Assembly (NCBI RefSeq): GCF_001194135.2
Contig: NC_068997.1
Location: 23,685,253 to 23,745,603 of the forward strand
DNA length: 60,351 bases
From: Octopus bimaculoides
Lineage: Eukaryota
Reading direction: 5' to 3'
Positions 12,985 through 27,460 of the stretch are shown here, piece by piece. Positions within the stretch are counted from its first letter, which is position 1, and the number at the start of each line of letters is the position of its first letter. The position numbers and the translations under genes are program-made. Under the pieces are notes generated by a model. The model worked only from the letters and a program-made list of their open reading frames with translations, searched no databases and was not told the DNA's origin.

Positions 12985-13604
12985 TAGATTACATCGAAAT
13001 GTTAAACGTCGTAAACAGTGGCTTGGTAGAAGGGAAAAAAAACTCAACCACAACCGAGAAGGTAACTTCATGGGAAAATGGTTCTTCTCTCTATCTAGTG
13101 GGATCGCAAAGGAGTGATTCACTTTGAATTGTCATCTCCCAATACAACAATCAATGCTGAAGTCTACTGTCAGCAATTAGAGTGTTTGAACCAAGCTTTG
13201 AAGAAAAACAGATCCGCTTTAGTGAATCGAAAAGTAGTGATGATTCATTGGGACAATGCGCGACCCCACACTGCAAAGATCACATTACAGAAGATCGAAG
13301 AGCTTGGTTGGGAATATATTCCTCATACACCTTATTCTTCCGACCTTGCTCCTTCAGACTACCATTTGTTTCGTAGTTTACAGAAACATGTGGGGTACAT
13401 AACTTTCTCAAGCCAAGTGAAGGTCGAAACTGACATTTCAGTGTTCTACGCTTTGAAACCAAAAGAGTTGTACATTGTTGGGATTAAAAAGCTTGTAAAT
13501 AGATGGGAGAAATTTACAAATAATCAAGGAATGTACATTGATGATTAAATTTCAATTAAATGTAACATTTGATCATTTGCTTTCTTTATTCAAAATTCGG
13601 ATAG
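12985..13604 (+). mobile_element. Mariner (D,D34D) transposase pseudogene, catalytic half
   Basis: ORF 13114-13548 contains WDNARPH and YSSDLAPSDY with exactly 34 residues between the two Asp. The upstream frame-broken sequence NVKRRKQW...*WDRKGVIHFEL matches mariner. The 3' TIR is lost in the gap. Confidence 0.93.
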
Positions 13605-14842
13605 NNNNNNNNNNNNNNNNNNNNNNNNNNNATATATATATATATATATATATATACATACAAACTAGTATGAAGTGATGGTTGAAGAGAGACATGTGAG
13701 CGCGCATTTTTGTGTATACATCCAGACGTACGCACATGTACATTGAAGTATATAAACACATGTATATGAATATATATATGTGAGTGTGTGTGCATATGTG
13801 CATATGTATACATATGCATATCAATACATATAAATGTGTATACACACAAATATATACACACAAATATATGTTGATGTAAGTATATATATATTGCTATATA
13901 TGTGTGTGTGTATGTATATATATATATATGCGTGTGTATGTAGGTATGTAGGAATGTGTGCATGCGTGTGTGTGAGTTTGTATGTGTGTGTGTGCTTGTG
14001 CGTGTGTTTCTCTGTGCTTATAGGAATGTGTGTGTGTTAGCGTGTCTCTGTGTCAGTGTGTCTGTGTGTATAAATACAATCCACCTACAAAAATTTATTG
14101 CCTAGCAAATTTTCAACTTATTCTGTACACTTAACTCTGCCACCGATAAATTGTTAACAGTAGCCATACATACTCACACCTTTATTCATTCACCCATCTT
14201 TGATTCCATCCATCTTTTCATCCATCCATTCATCCAACTATCCAAACATGCATACATACTTGCCTACATACGCATATATGTATACATGCTAAGGAACATA
14301 TATGACTGTATAAATACAGACATTCATACACATTTATGTTCAAACACACACCTGTACACACACACACACAAATGCACACATAACTCTACGCTCATAATAC
14401 ATGCACATAAACATATACATCCGCTCATAATACGTACACATATACATGTATACGCAGAATGTTACAGATATACATAAATTTCAAATCAATCGTACGTAAG
14501 CATATACATCTATATACAGAGAGGTTGAAATACATATATACATGCACACATGCGTATGTATAAATATAAATCATATATACAAACACACACAAACAATCAT
14601 GCATAAACTATACACACGTACTTACGTACATATATAAATACATATACACACACACGTATATATATAGTTACATATATCCCATCATAAATGTTTAAGTACT
14701 TACAGGTTATCATACATACATACATACATACATACATACATACGTACATACATATATACGTACATACATACATACGTATGTTCATAGTACATATATATAA
14801 ATACATAAATACATACTCACGTGCTGCATGCATATATATATA

Positions 14843-14888
<46 letters not shown>

Positions 14889-14907
14889 CAGAGGGAGAGA
14901 GAGTGAG

Positions 14908-14958
<51 letters not shown>

Positions 14959-15741
14959 CGCTGACATGTACACATATATGAATAAGTACAATTATATCCA
15001 ATAAATACATGCATGCATCTATACTTACATATTCATACATGCACATATACGTATGTACGTGAATATATTCATCTACCCATAAAACATACACACATCTACA
15101 TACATATATAAACCGATACAAATAAAGATACATAGATACATACATATGTATATACTCCTGTGCATATATACGTTGATACATAGATACATACACAAGTGTA
15201 TACATGAATGCGTACCAATATATACATATAGAGATAGAAGCATACATACCTACATACACACATACATAAATGCATACATACTCATACCTCTTTACAAATA
15301 TTGCATGCACACACGTATTACACCTATATCCGCACAACCTTGTAGGCTTTTCACTGTTGGCACTTCTTTCGTTATTCAATGTTAGATGACGTATCCGATG
15401 TCAGCTAAAAATCATTGGAGAGGAACGTCACATTTTTCGCGGCAAATGAAACAAAAGATATAAAAAAAGATACAAACAAACACACGCAAAACAAACAAAC
15501 TTAAAAAACAAACAAACAAACAAACGAACAAACATAAAGAGTCAACAAACAACTCACTAAAATTATGGGGAAAATATGAGCAAGACGATTTACGAATCGT
15601 AAAAGGAGTCAATGTTGATATAGTTAATTATGTAGTGATATTAGTTTCGCTTCGTATCAAAATGAAGAGATAAACAGAAATATATAAAATAAATATAAGT
15701 ATACATACATACATGCATACATACATATACATATACATATG

Positions 15742-15795
<54 letters not shown>

Positions 15796-16289
15796 NNNNN
15801 NNNNNNNNNNNNNNNNNNNNNNNNNNNNNNNNNNNNNNNNNNNNNNNNNNNNNNNNNNNNNNNNNNNNNNNNNNNNNNNNNNNNNNNNNNNNNNNNNNNN
15901 NNNNNNNNNNNNNNNNNNNNNNNNNNNNNNNNNNNNNNNNNNNNNNNNNNNNNNNNNNNNNNNNNNNNNNNNNNNNNNNNNNNNNNNNNNNNNNNNNNNN
16001 NNNNNNNNNNNNNNNNNNNNNNNNNNNNNNNNNNNNNNNNNNNNNNNNNNNNNNNNNNNNNNNNNNNNNNNNNNNNNNNNNNNNNNNNNNNNNNNNNNNN
16101 NNNNNNNNNNNNNNNNNNNNNNNNNNNNNNNNNNNNNNNNNNNNNNNNNNNNNNNNNNNNNNNNNNNNNNNNNNNNNNNNNNNNNNNNNNNNNNNNNNNN
16201 NNNNNNNNNNNNNNNNNNNNNNNNNNNNNNNNNNNNAAATTACAAACACTACTACCATCATAATAATGAGGATAGTGGTATAATAATAA

Positions 16290-16376
<87 letters not shown>

Positions 16377-16539
16377 TAATAATAATAGTAATAGTGTTCT
16401 TGATATTTAATGGCGTTTTGATTGTTGTTGTTGCTGTTTAGCATAATTTTCTCTTTGCATTAATATTGTCAATGAAAATCTACTCTTTCACTTCCTATCT
16501 CTTTATCTTTCTACTCTTTCACTTTCTCTCTCTCTCTCC

Positions 16540-16582
<43 letters not shown>

Positions 16583-16790
16583 CGTCTCTCATTCTTTGCG
16601 TATATGTATATATACACACACAAGCACGCACACACACACATATATATATACTTATATGTGTATGTATATATACATACATACATATCTACACAGATACGCA
16701 AACCTACACATATACGAGCGAATGTGCGTATGTATATAATGTACACCTATATAAATACATACCTATATGTATATATACATACATATATAC

Positions 16791-16855
<65 letters not shown>

Positions 16856-17059
16856 TATATATATATATATGTATCAATATATACATATATATAGACATAC
16901 ATACCTACGTATATCCCTACATATACCGGTATACGCATATACAGGTGTATTTATAAATATGTGTATATAGATGTATGTGTGTGTATGTGTTTGTATTCAT
17001 ATACATATATAAATATGATCTCAGTGTATGTGTGTATATGCATATGTGTATATCAATAG

Positions 17060-17470
17060 TTTTATTAAGTTCAATCATTGGAAACTGGCTATGTTGGCGC
17101 CTCTTCATACGGGGGTGACATCGGACAAATCAAGCACACAAGTTTTTGCCGAGTCACTAAGCTACGTGGACATAAGCAAACGAAGAATAAACGCCAAGAT
17201 GACGGTGATGACTAATGCAAATGTACACCCGTATATACACGAAAAAATACCACATCCCAGCCAAACGCACGCACATACACGCACACGCACACGCACGCAC
17301 ACACGCATATACACAGACTTTTGTGCAATGCATTTTCACACAGTTACCGTGTATCTAATTCAATCGGAAGTCATTTTTCAGCCCTAGGAGAAAGCTGGTG
17401 GCAAAAGTGCCATGCCATGGGAGCCAACACGACGCACGTATTTGTTGAGCTAAGTTCTGCACTAAAAGTT
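17060..17470 (-). mobile_element. Old, diverged SINE family 1 copy
   Basis: TTTTTGCCGAGTCACTAAGCTACGTGGACATAA resembles 551-585. An internal (AC)n tract and a degenerate CAGTTACCGTGTATCTAATTC block occur in the same order as in 434-920. Confidence 0.5.
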
Positions 17471-18299
17471 CTGCTTGTGCCTATAATGTATATGCATACA
17501 TATGTGCATCTTTGTACGTATTTTTCACATTTTNNNNNNNNNNNNNNNNNNNNNNNNNNNNNNNNNNNNNNNNNNNNNNNNNNNNNNNNNNNNNNNNNNN
17601 NNNNNNNNNNNNNNNNNNNNNNNNNNNNNNNNNNNNNNNNNNNNNNNNNNNNNNNNNNNNNNNNNNNNNNNNNNNNNNNNNNNNNNNNNNNNNNNNNNNN
17701 NNNNNNNNNNNNNNNNNNNNNNNNNNNNNNNNNNNNNNNNNNNNNNNNNNNNNNNNNNNNNNNNNNNNNNNNNNNNNNNNNNNNNNNNNNNNNNNNNNNN
17801 NNNNNNNNNNNNNNNNNNNNNNNNNNNNNNNNNNNNNNNNNNNNNNNNNNNNNNNNNNNNNNNNNNNNNNNNNNNNNNNNNNNNNNNNNNNNNNNNNNNN
17901 NNNNNNNNNNNNNNNNNNNNNNNNNNNNNNNNNNNNNNNNNNNNNNNNNNNNNNNNNNNNNNNNNNNNNNNNNNNNNNNNNNNNNNNNNNNNNNNNNNNN
18001 NNNNNNNNNNNNNNNNNNNNNNNNNNNNNNNNNNTATATATATATATATATATATATATGCATGTATATATGTTTATGCATGTATATATGTATATACAGT
18101 ATGTCTTGTACGTAGATTTAGTTGTCCGATTGCAACTGTTGCGTTTAAAACTTCAAGTAGCGTATGATCAGCCAGATGTCTTCAACCAATGTGATGTGGT
18201 GTGTACTGTTCTTAAAAATATTACTGAGGAGAAATTATGATAAACACAATTTTATATCATTTGTTCCATTCGGACGCTTCTCCAATGTTTTTATTTTTA

Positions 18300-19750
18300 G
18301 CCACTGCATCAGTAGTCTTTCCAAGTTTCAACTAGGTGTTGATCTACAACAGATCATTTGCCTATCTAAATAAATACACAAATAGATGCTATTCACTGAA
18401 TCTAATTCTATGACATATTTCCGTCTAGCTTTAACATTTATCCTTCGATTATCTCCACTTGGAAAATATCAACTAGAAATATTAAATGAAAATTCTCTCC
18501 AGTCTTGCACAGTTAAGAAAAGTCTTCCAAAATTTGTATGCCAGTGAAACAAAATATACCATTTGTAAACATATCCCTTCGTAACTGCCAATTGTATAGT
18601 TTGTCTCCATAAAAGATGGATGTATTAAGACATTTCAAACATTCATTCTATTCTACAATTTAATAATGAACAATAATGCAGTAGTGATGTTCACCTAAAT
18701 AGCCAATTAATCAGTAATTGCCCAATTAATTCCATATTTACTTTGCTGCATAAATTTAAAGCCAATAGCAAACTTCATTACTTGTGAAATGTTCTAGGTA
18801 GGCGGGGGAGATATCCTCTCTTTCATTACTTATTATTTAACCATCGTACAAAAATATCCAATATATTCATCATTGTTCTAACAGTCGAGATGTACTCATA
18901 AATTATATTTAACGAAAATATTACACGACCGAGCTACGTGCAACTACTCAGAGCCTTATAAAATATATATACTTTGCACATTTTCATATTTTATGTAATA
19001 TCCTTATTACATAGCCAATCACATTCTACATTTGTATATTAGTGCATGATACAAAAGCAAGTAATTTTTTTACCATCTGAATTGAAGTTCAAATATGCTT
19101 GAGAGACATTTGAACATGAAAAGGAATTTCACTGTGGATTGTAGTGGAAAAAAGGTCTCCCTGAAGAGAAGCTGTTAGATACCGTTAAACTTTAGTGACC
19201 AACACATTAAAAACTTCAACCTAAATTACCTATGTAATGTTCACACTAGCAACAAATGTGTTTTATATTCTTTTCTACTCTAGGCACAAGGCCTGAAATT
19301 TTGGGGGATTAGATCGATCCCAGTAGGCAATTGGTAGTTAATTTATCGACCCCGAAAGGATGAAAGGCAAATTCGACCTCGGTGGAATTTGAGTTCAGAA
19401 CGAAAACACAAACGAAATACTGATAAGTATTTCGCCTGGGGTGCTAACGTTTTTGCTAGCTCGCCGCCTTAAATGTGTTTTATATTACGTTATATTCTTC
19501 ACATTCAGTACTTAATCTAACAAAATGTTTACTCTGTCAAACACATTCGCTCATAATTTGTATGATCCTTGTGTAAGAATCTATCGCCACTTGTATTTAT
19601 GTTCAGTATCAACTGCGATACATTAGTTACTCCTACTCTAAATCATAGAGGACCACACAATGACATTGAATCAAACATATACTTTTAATATAATAAGTTA
19701 GAATGAATTAACAAGGCTTTTTCACACATTTGTTTCTTCTATTCTCAAAT
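18300..19750 (-). mobile_element. Ancient R4/Dong-like reverse transcriptase relic, interrupted by a SINE
   Basis: Minus-strand pieces in expected order: CEKALLIH, KYMFDSMS (cf. KKAFDSVP), LQGDLFS (cf. FQGDSLSP), FAI...YGINWAITD (cf. FAIP...FGIINWTITE) and GDKLY (cf. VDRLY). Many stops. Confidence 0.45.
19270..19470 (-). mobile_element. Full-length SINE family 2 copy with 16-bp target-site duplication
   Basis: AAATGTGTTTTATATT occurs at both 19254-19269 and 19471-19486. The minus strand begins AAGGCGGCGAGCTAGC and contains GCCTTTCATCCTTTCGGGGTCGATAAA. Confidence 0.95.
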
Positions 19751-20449
19751 AATTACGTTTTCCTATATCTTTTCATACTCCTAGCAGTTTTTCTTTCAAC
19801 GTTATTCTGCATATTATAACACGATGCATATATGATAATTCCATAATTCACTTTATTAGAAAACCCAAAAACTATTTAATTCTATTATACCCTTATAATT
19901 AGAGATATCAACTTGATTTTGTAAGCCTATTCATATTGTAATTTCTTTATTTGTTGTGGCTAACAATCATCGAATTATCGATATATACGAGAAAAAAAAT
20001 CTAATTGGAAAATTGGAGAAATGTAATCAGAGATGAAAAATTATTTCTATTAAATCTGAAAAAGAAGCATACCATCAATAAATTTGGATTTAGGACACAA
20101 AAACACTCACCTTGCATCAAGTGATTTAAATATTTTTAAATAGTATAGAGGCGCACTCACCAGACATGAAAATATAAGGCAACAAAGAAATAATTTACAG
20201 CTTGAACTAATCTCAGATATAATGAAATAAAGACACCCAACATTATATATATATATATATATGTATATGCACCCACGTACATATGTATGTTTGTATCTAT
20301 GAATGTATGTATGGGGAATGGTTGCATACGTGCATGCAGAATGCACAGAGAAAACACTGTGTGAATTAGAGTGGCACCCACAAATAAGCATGACTTCAAA
20401 ATTGTGTAGGGAAACTAATGCTAATATGGACGTTAAAATGAAGACCACA

Positions 20450-20975
20450 CAAACCTCAATGGAGAAAAAAAATCTAATAAGTGTGCTGAACCTAGCGAAG
20501 TGTGATTTTAACAGTAATTTAAGAGAATTCGAAACCATTTCTATAGCAAGTTTATCCAAAAATTATCAACGTATACGAAACTTATATTTGACCGGTCATA
20601 CGGTATCATGATCAAAATTGACGCAGGGAACATGACATTTCAAACGGGAATTTTATAATTTTATTATTACAAAACTTATAACTTTATTTTTAGAAACTGC
20701 GTAAAGGGCGTGTTTCTTATGCGTAATCGAAAGTCAGAAATGAAGAAAATGACAACATCGCAGCCTTATACAAAATACTGTAGTTATTCGTGATACTATT
20801 CTTTTGAAAAATTAAATATTGAAACAGTCAATACTAAAATAGTTAAGTTACTTATAGAAATTAATGAAGATAATGCCAAATCAAAACTAGTTTAGAGCAA
20901 AGAAGAGAGATAAACTCAAGGTGTCGTAAAGAAAACAAATACCTCCTGGCATATTACAAAAGCGAAAGAGTTTTA
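20450..20975 (+). mobile_element. Penelope-like element, GIY-YIG endonuclease C-terminal relic
   Basis: SLEQRREINSRCRKENKYLLAYY near 20888-20960 resembles the PLE C-terminus LLNKRSELISKCRHENKYLL. FKRIRNHFYSKF upstream weakly resembles FKxRYNNHKSSF. Confidence 0.45.
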
Positions 20976-21149
20976 AAACGCTTGCAAATGAATACGATCA
21001 GTTATATGTTTACAATCTGTCGCCTTGTGGAAATACACGTGAGAATTATTTCCATGTCATTCTCCAAAATTCCCATCCTAGTCATATCATCTGATTAACA
21101 CTTTGGACACAATAGAAAAATAACGAACTTCAAGAATAAACATAAACGC

Positions 21150-21230
<81 letters not shown>

Positions 21231-21277
21231 GAGAGAGAGACAGAGAGAGAGAGACAGAGAGAGAAGGATATATATAC

Positions 21278-21313
<36 letters not shown>

Positions 21314-21866
21314 ACATATACATATATATAATCACACGCACAGACGTACACAAATACAAGCATTCGTCTATGTTGGTAGATAGATATTATGTATAAGAAT
21401 ATTATTTTAAACTATATTACATCTTATGGACAGAAGTGAGTTTGTAAGTTTCATTATGTCACATATTAATATAGTTATATGAACAAAAACCGATTAAGTA
21501 AATTACTGTTAAGCGTTTATCATATTTAAAAAATATTTTATATAGTTCCAGGTCATACCATTCTGTTTCCTATGGTGATTCGACCACTGCCAGGGATAAT
21601 GTTTGGATGAAGGAGTTTGATGGATTTAATTCTAGATTTGTCACACGTGTTGTGTATCTTAATCATCTTATATCTATCTTTCACTTTTTTCACTTTTCTC
21701 TCCTTGTATGTATGTATACGTACATATATACATACATGCATATATATATATATATGCATGTGCATATGTACATGTATATGCAAATATGTATATCTGTCTA
21801 CGTATGTGTGTATGTCAATAGATATTAATATACATTACACACAAAAACACACACACATATACATGT

Positions 21867-21898
<32 letters not shown>

Positions 21899-21899
21899 A

Positions 21900-21968
<69 letters not shown>

Positions 21969-22747
21969 ACAAATACTTATGCATATACCTTTAATCTTCA
22001 CTAACAACATCGTCATTCTCTTTCTGTCCTCACTTTTTCGTCTAGTTCTCCATCACAAACTATCGTGTCACCACCCAGTTACCACACAGCCATACACCCG
22101 TACACTCATTATTACTCATCTCATACCAGCATCCATTTCATTAGTAATAACTCTACCTCTACCTCTACCTGCACCTCTCACTCTATCTCATTCTTTATCC
22201 ATAAAGTTTCTCACCCTCTCCTGCACCACACACCACATCTACGACCGGATATAAAATGACGTACATGAAAATGCGGCACACCACTCTCAAATCTTTTTAG
22301 TTTGTTGGATCTAACATAAAATTTGTCAAATAATTTTATGAAATCATTGATACACTCGCATTATATGTTTTTGCTGTATTTTTCTCCTTATTTTACGTTA
22401 ACGTGACAATTTAAAAAAAAAATTCTTTTAAGGTTAAATATTTTCATAATTTGTCTTTTATCTTATGAAAAGCTTTATGATAAAATTGATAAATGACAGA
22501 TTGATAGAAGTGGGATATTTTTATTTGTTGTTGTTCTGGTTGTTGTTGCGGGGTTTGCATTATTTTGCTAGATTTTGTTGACGATTCTATTCTTTCATTT
22601 ATTTTATTTTTGCTTTAAATATTCATTGTAGAGCGCTTAACTTTGGTCTTCTTGTAACGAATACTATAGAATATATAATTGTGCTATGGCGTAAGTGTGA
22701 GAGCGTTTGAGAGCGTGTTGTATGACATATATATATATATATATCTA

Positions 22748-22793
<46 letters not shown>

Positions 22794-23444
22794 GATATAA
22801 ACACACACACATATACTCACATACTCACATATGTATGTGTGTATGTGCGCGCGTATTTGCACACATATAAATATATTTGTGTGAGTGTGTGTAAACGCTT
22901 TTGTCCAAACTCGTCGAATTTATTTACATAAACATGTAGAAATTTGCAAATATATAAATATCTAAGTATAATTATGTAAATAACGTGTATATATAAATAT
23001 AAATGCATATATATATATATATATATATATATGCTTTCGTTTATATGTTAGTGTAATTCTGCGTAGATACGCGAGCGCGTGTGTGTATAGAGAGAGCTAA
23101 AACTGAGGTTGTACGAAACGTCATTTTTGGTATATACGGACGTACAGATACAAGCACATATGCTTACACATACATCTCTATATATTTTAAATTTTCCGAG
23201 GCTATATTTTTCAAATACTCTGCTTAGATGCAATTTTGCATTTTGCAACAAGGGTGTTGCTTTGGTTTGGTTTGTTCGTTCTTTCTATATTCATATTATT
23301 TATTTTATTCTTAAAAAAAAAATTTCGTAAAGTTTTAAATATCCATTTCAATTATTTAACAGATGAAAACACGACAAAGTTATAAAATAGTCGCTTGAAT
23401 TTCGAGAAGAGTAAGAAATATATTATTCCCCGCTACACACACAC

Positions 23445-23493
<49 letters not shown>

Positions 23494-23601
23494 ATAATAA
23501 TAATAATAATAATAATGATAAACAAATGAATGTGACTTTAAAATATATGCATTGTGAGTAAAACGTTGGAGACGGTAATTGCAAACGGGAATCCTATACG
23601 C

Positions 23602-23640
<39 letters not shown>

Positions 23641-24509
23641 NNNNNNNNNNNNNNNNNNNNNNNNNNNNNNNNNNNNNNNNNNNNNNNNNNNNNNNNNNNN
23701 NNNNNNNNNNNNNNNNNNNNNNNNNNNNNNNNNNNNNNNNNNNNNNNNNNNNNNNNNNNNNNNNNNNNNNNNNNNNNNNNNNNNNNNNNNNNNNNNNNNN
23801 NNNNNNNNNNNNNNNNNNNNNNNNNNNNNNNNNNNNNNNNNNNNNNNNNNNNNNNNNNNNNNNNNNNNNNNNNNNNNNNNNNNNNNNNNNNNNNNNNNNN
23901 NNNNNNNNNNNNNNNNNNNNNNNNNNNNNNNNNNNNNNNNNNNNNNNNNNNNNNNNNNNNNNNNNNNNNNNNNNNNNNNNNNNNNNNNNNNNNNNNNNNN
24001 NNNNNNNNNNNNNNNNNNNNNNNNNNNNNNNNNNNNNNNNNNNNNNNNNNNNNNNNNNNNNNNNNNNNNNNNNNNNNNNNNNNNNNNNNNNNNNNNNNNN
24101 NNNNNNNNNNNNNNNNNNNNNNNNNNNNNNNNNNNNNNNNNNNNNNNNNNNNNNNNNNNNNNNNNNNNNNNNNNNNNNNNNNNNNNNNNNNNNNNNNNNN
24201 NNNNNNNNNNNNNNNNNNNNNNNNNNNNNNNNNNNNNNNNNNNNNNNNNNNNNNNNNNNNNNNNNNNNNNNNNNNNNNNNNNNNNNNNNNNNNNNNNNNN
24301 NNNNNNNNNNNNNNNNNNNNNNNNNNNNNNNNNNNNNNNNNNNNNNNNNNNNNNNNNNNNNNNNNNNNNCCAATACCTGAAAACAGGGATATTCTACAAA
24401 TATACGCAAACACTGAAGCGAGTGCATTGTGCTTTTCCTGTTTTGAGTTGTTTGTCATATTTTTGTGACGGGATGATACGTTCTGTGACTCAGCCAACCA
24501 AGCATCGAA

Positions 24510-24720
24510 TCGGCAGACTCATTAAAATGTCAAACAAAATGAATTGTGGTATTTCTTCCGGTTTTCTGCGCTCGGTGTTCGAATTCTGTTAGTGTCAATG
24601 ATGAATTTTCTTTTTTTTTTTTCTTTTACTTGTTTCAGTCATTTGACTGCGGCCAATCGTGAGCACCACCTTTAGTCGAACAAACCGACCCCAGGACTGA
24701 TTCTTTGTCGATAAAGTATA
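24510..24720. mobile_element. Degenerate SINE family 2 head (+) abutting a SINE family 1 3' fragment (-)
   Basis: GGCAGACTCATT...GGTATTTCTTCCGG...GTTCGAATTC is followed at 24622 by TCTTTTACTTGTTTCAGTCATTTGACTGCGGCC. Confidence 0.7.
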
Positions 24721-24821
24721 CACCAGTCCAGCACTACAATAGATTCTTCCATCCTTTCTCTTTCTCGGTTCTTCCTTAGTTCTCACCTTTTTTCCTCGCT
24801 CATTTTCTATCCGTGTGTGTG

Positions 24822-24915
24822 CGTGTGAAGGCTCGTGGTTTCGATTCCCAGACCGGCAATGAGTTGTGTTCCTGAGTTAAAAACTTCATTTAACGCATGT
24901 TCAAATTAGCTGTAA
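24822..24915 (+). mobile_element. Truncated tRNA-derived SINE head
   Basis: B-box GGTTTCGATTCCCAGACCGG, also seen in the 58234 element, followed by TTGTGTTCCTGAG. Confidence 0.55.
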
Positions 24916-26349
24916 AGGGGTATGCCTCCGAATATTAGATATTCCATTATAGAAAACATGTCCTTCTCACCTAACGCGCAGGGCGGTATAATTAGAAAGC
25001 TACCACAATATGAGGAAGCGGAGTCTGGTGGATAGAGTGGCATATAAATCATATGTCCTCTTTAAGCACCCATCTTGTTACATACTGTGCTACGCTGACA
25101 CGGTCAAGTAATTGCGTTATGGATACGCATGACTGCTTAATATTCAACCCTAGATTTTAAATTTCGAGTCTTAAAATTTGCATGGTGCGACAACACATAG
25201 AATATTTCATAAATTTTACAGTTGTACAACATTTTACGGTGAGGTTTTGATTATAGTGAGAGGTACCTAAAGAGGACTACCGCAAGCGGTACCTATCTAC
25301 CGGTACCAATTGGTTATGGAATTGGTTGTACGGTATACACAGTTAGACGGTGTTCCCTTACTTATCAGCTCATCGTTAGAATGCGTTCTAGCATCTTGTC
25401 CCACTTAACAAGCCTCTCATTCTCGGATCTTAACCTAGAACTAGTTTCTAAGAATAATTTAATTTCTATCAACAGTGCATATAAATCCTTTATAGGGTAG
25501 CTGTCGTTCATCTTTTTCTAGAATAGCGCAATATATAACAGTGGTAAGAAACGAAACAAAAAACTCTTCAATCGCTCGCTAGGCTCTAGACTCGAGTGTA
25601 TGACCATATATCTATTTAATATGTATGTCTGTCTGTATGTTTGTATATGTGTGCATGTGTGTGTGTGACATAAAACTGTATTTGAATATATGTGTATGTG
25701 TACATAGATATACATACACACACAACTATGCGTACATATATGTAAATAAAACTATACATTATATAGTGTGTATTTTTAGTCATTCATGCAAACCTAATCA
25801 TACACACGTGAGTTTGTGCGTGTGTATATGTGCGTTCGTGTGATTCTGAGCATGCGTGCGTGCGTGTGAGCAAACCGGTGTGTCGCGGTTCATTGACCAT
25901 ATAACTATGTTTGAATTTTACTTTTAATTTTTTTCTTAATTAGTATTATAATTTCAGTTCTGTTAATGTTGTGTTGCTTTTTTTTTCCTTGTAGGTGGGT
26001 GAAAATTAGTAATTAAGACTTTGACATTAAATAATTATTTACTGTCTTTTGGAAACATTAATTGTAAGAGACAACATCCAAAACTAATGGACCTTTTAAT
26101 TCAAGATAAATGCACCGAATATCTTAAAAATTAATATTTATAGGTTTTTATATAGTCTCCAGTAGCCAGGTGATGGGGAAGAGTGTTGGGGAGTGGTACT
26201 AGTCATCGCTGTGTGTTCAAATACCACCGATGTCCACTTAGTACTTCAAATTTTCCTGGGTCAAAAGAATAAAAAACATGATTCACTTTCTTGCTCGCAA
26301 GCCTTCATCACTTGATTAATGATGAATCACTTGATTCATATTTTTATGA

Positions 26350-26570
26350 AGAAATGCAAAATTGGTTTACCTGTTGCCTTTTTGCGGGCAAATTTAGCAA
26401 CGCCAAGATTTTCTGAGCTTGCTACAGATTTGTTCGCCATACCAGTAATTGACACCCTGGACGTAAAAGAAGAGAACAAGTACCGTATATAACGTTCTCT
26501 GACGCTCCTTCAATTCCACCCAAAAACCGTTCCTCTGCGGTGGTAATCATTTTGTCAATCACGAAAGAAT
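26350..26570 (+). mobile_element. Possible hAT-like transposase C-terminal relic
   Basis: PRFSELATDLFAIPV...DV...TFSDAPSIPPKN weakly resembles the hAT dimerisation-domain pattern FxELAxxxLAIPxxSxDVERSFS...LSDRRxxL. Frameshifted. Confidence 0.3.
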
Positions 26571-26649
26571 AGAAAAGTAAAAATGAGGTTGGCGAAATTT
26601 GAACACAATACGTAGAGTCGGAACAAATATCCTTTCTTATTTTGGCGCA

Positions 26650-26847
26650 AGACCAGCACTTTTGAACGGTGGTGGGGAAGTCGATTACATCGAACCAATT
26701 GATCAACTGGTACTTATTTTATCGACCCCCGAAAAGGGGAAAGTTAAAATCGACCTCAGTTAAAGTTTGAACTAAGAACCAAAGTCGGAAGAAATGCCGC
26801 TAAGCATTTTGTCCGACGTGCTTATAATTCTGCTAGCTCGCTGACAG
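26650..26847 (-). mobile_element. SINE family 2 copy
   Basis: Plus strand shows GTCGATTACATCGA...CTGGTACTTATTTTATCGACCCC...CTGCTAGCTCGC. Confidence 0.85.
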
Positions 26848-27244
26848 TCGGGACAAATATCGCAAGGTATTTTGTTAGATACTTGAAGGATTTTATTTAA
26901 TTTGCCGCTTGAAAATTTAAGTACAGATTTATTTTTATTTTTAAATATGTAATTCATTATCAGCTAATTACGTTCGAAATCCATATTAAAATTATTAGAT
27001 GTTCGAATCACACTGAAGTCGACTCGATTATTTACTGTTCTAGTTGATAAAATAATTATCAGTCAATTACTGAAGTCGTTATTATTACTCCTAAAATAGT
27101 TGGTCATGTGTAAATAATTATAAATACTAATTATTTGAAAAGTTCTCATCTCACCGGTATCGACTTTACAATTAATTATTATGAGGTCGTAAAGTACTAG
27201 TTTCAATATAATCGCCTTTATTTTCAGACTCAATATTGAGGCCA

Positions 27245-27460
27245 TGTAAGGGGGTGAGCTGGCAGAATCAGGAACACACCAGGGAAGATACCTTGCAGAG
27301 TTTCGTCCGTATTTACATATTGGTTTCAAATGCTGCATGGTTCGGCTTTGCATTTCATCCTTCCAATCGATAAAATAAGTACCAGCTAAGCACTACGGTC
27401 GATTAATTTGACTTAGCCCCTCCCCCGAAATTTCTGGCATTGTGCCAACATTTGAAATTA
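27245..27460 (+). mobile_element. SINE family 2 copy
   Basis: GAGCTGGCAGAATC...GCATTTCATCCTTCCAATCGATAAAATAAGTACCAG...CCCCTCCCCCGAAATTTCTGGC. Confidence 0.85.

Noticed and set aside
23103-23128. Minimal hammerhead-like CTGAGGT-TGTAC-GAAACGTC
   Set aside because: A9 is mutated, there is no stem II, stem I is only offset A/T runs, and there is no element context.
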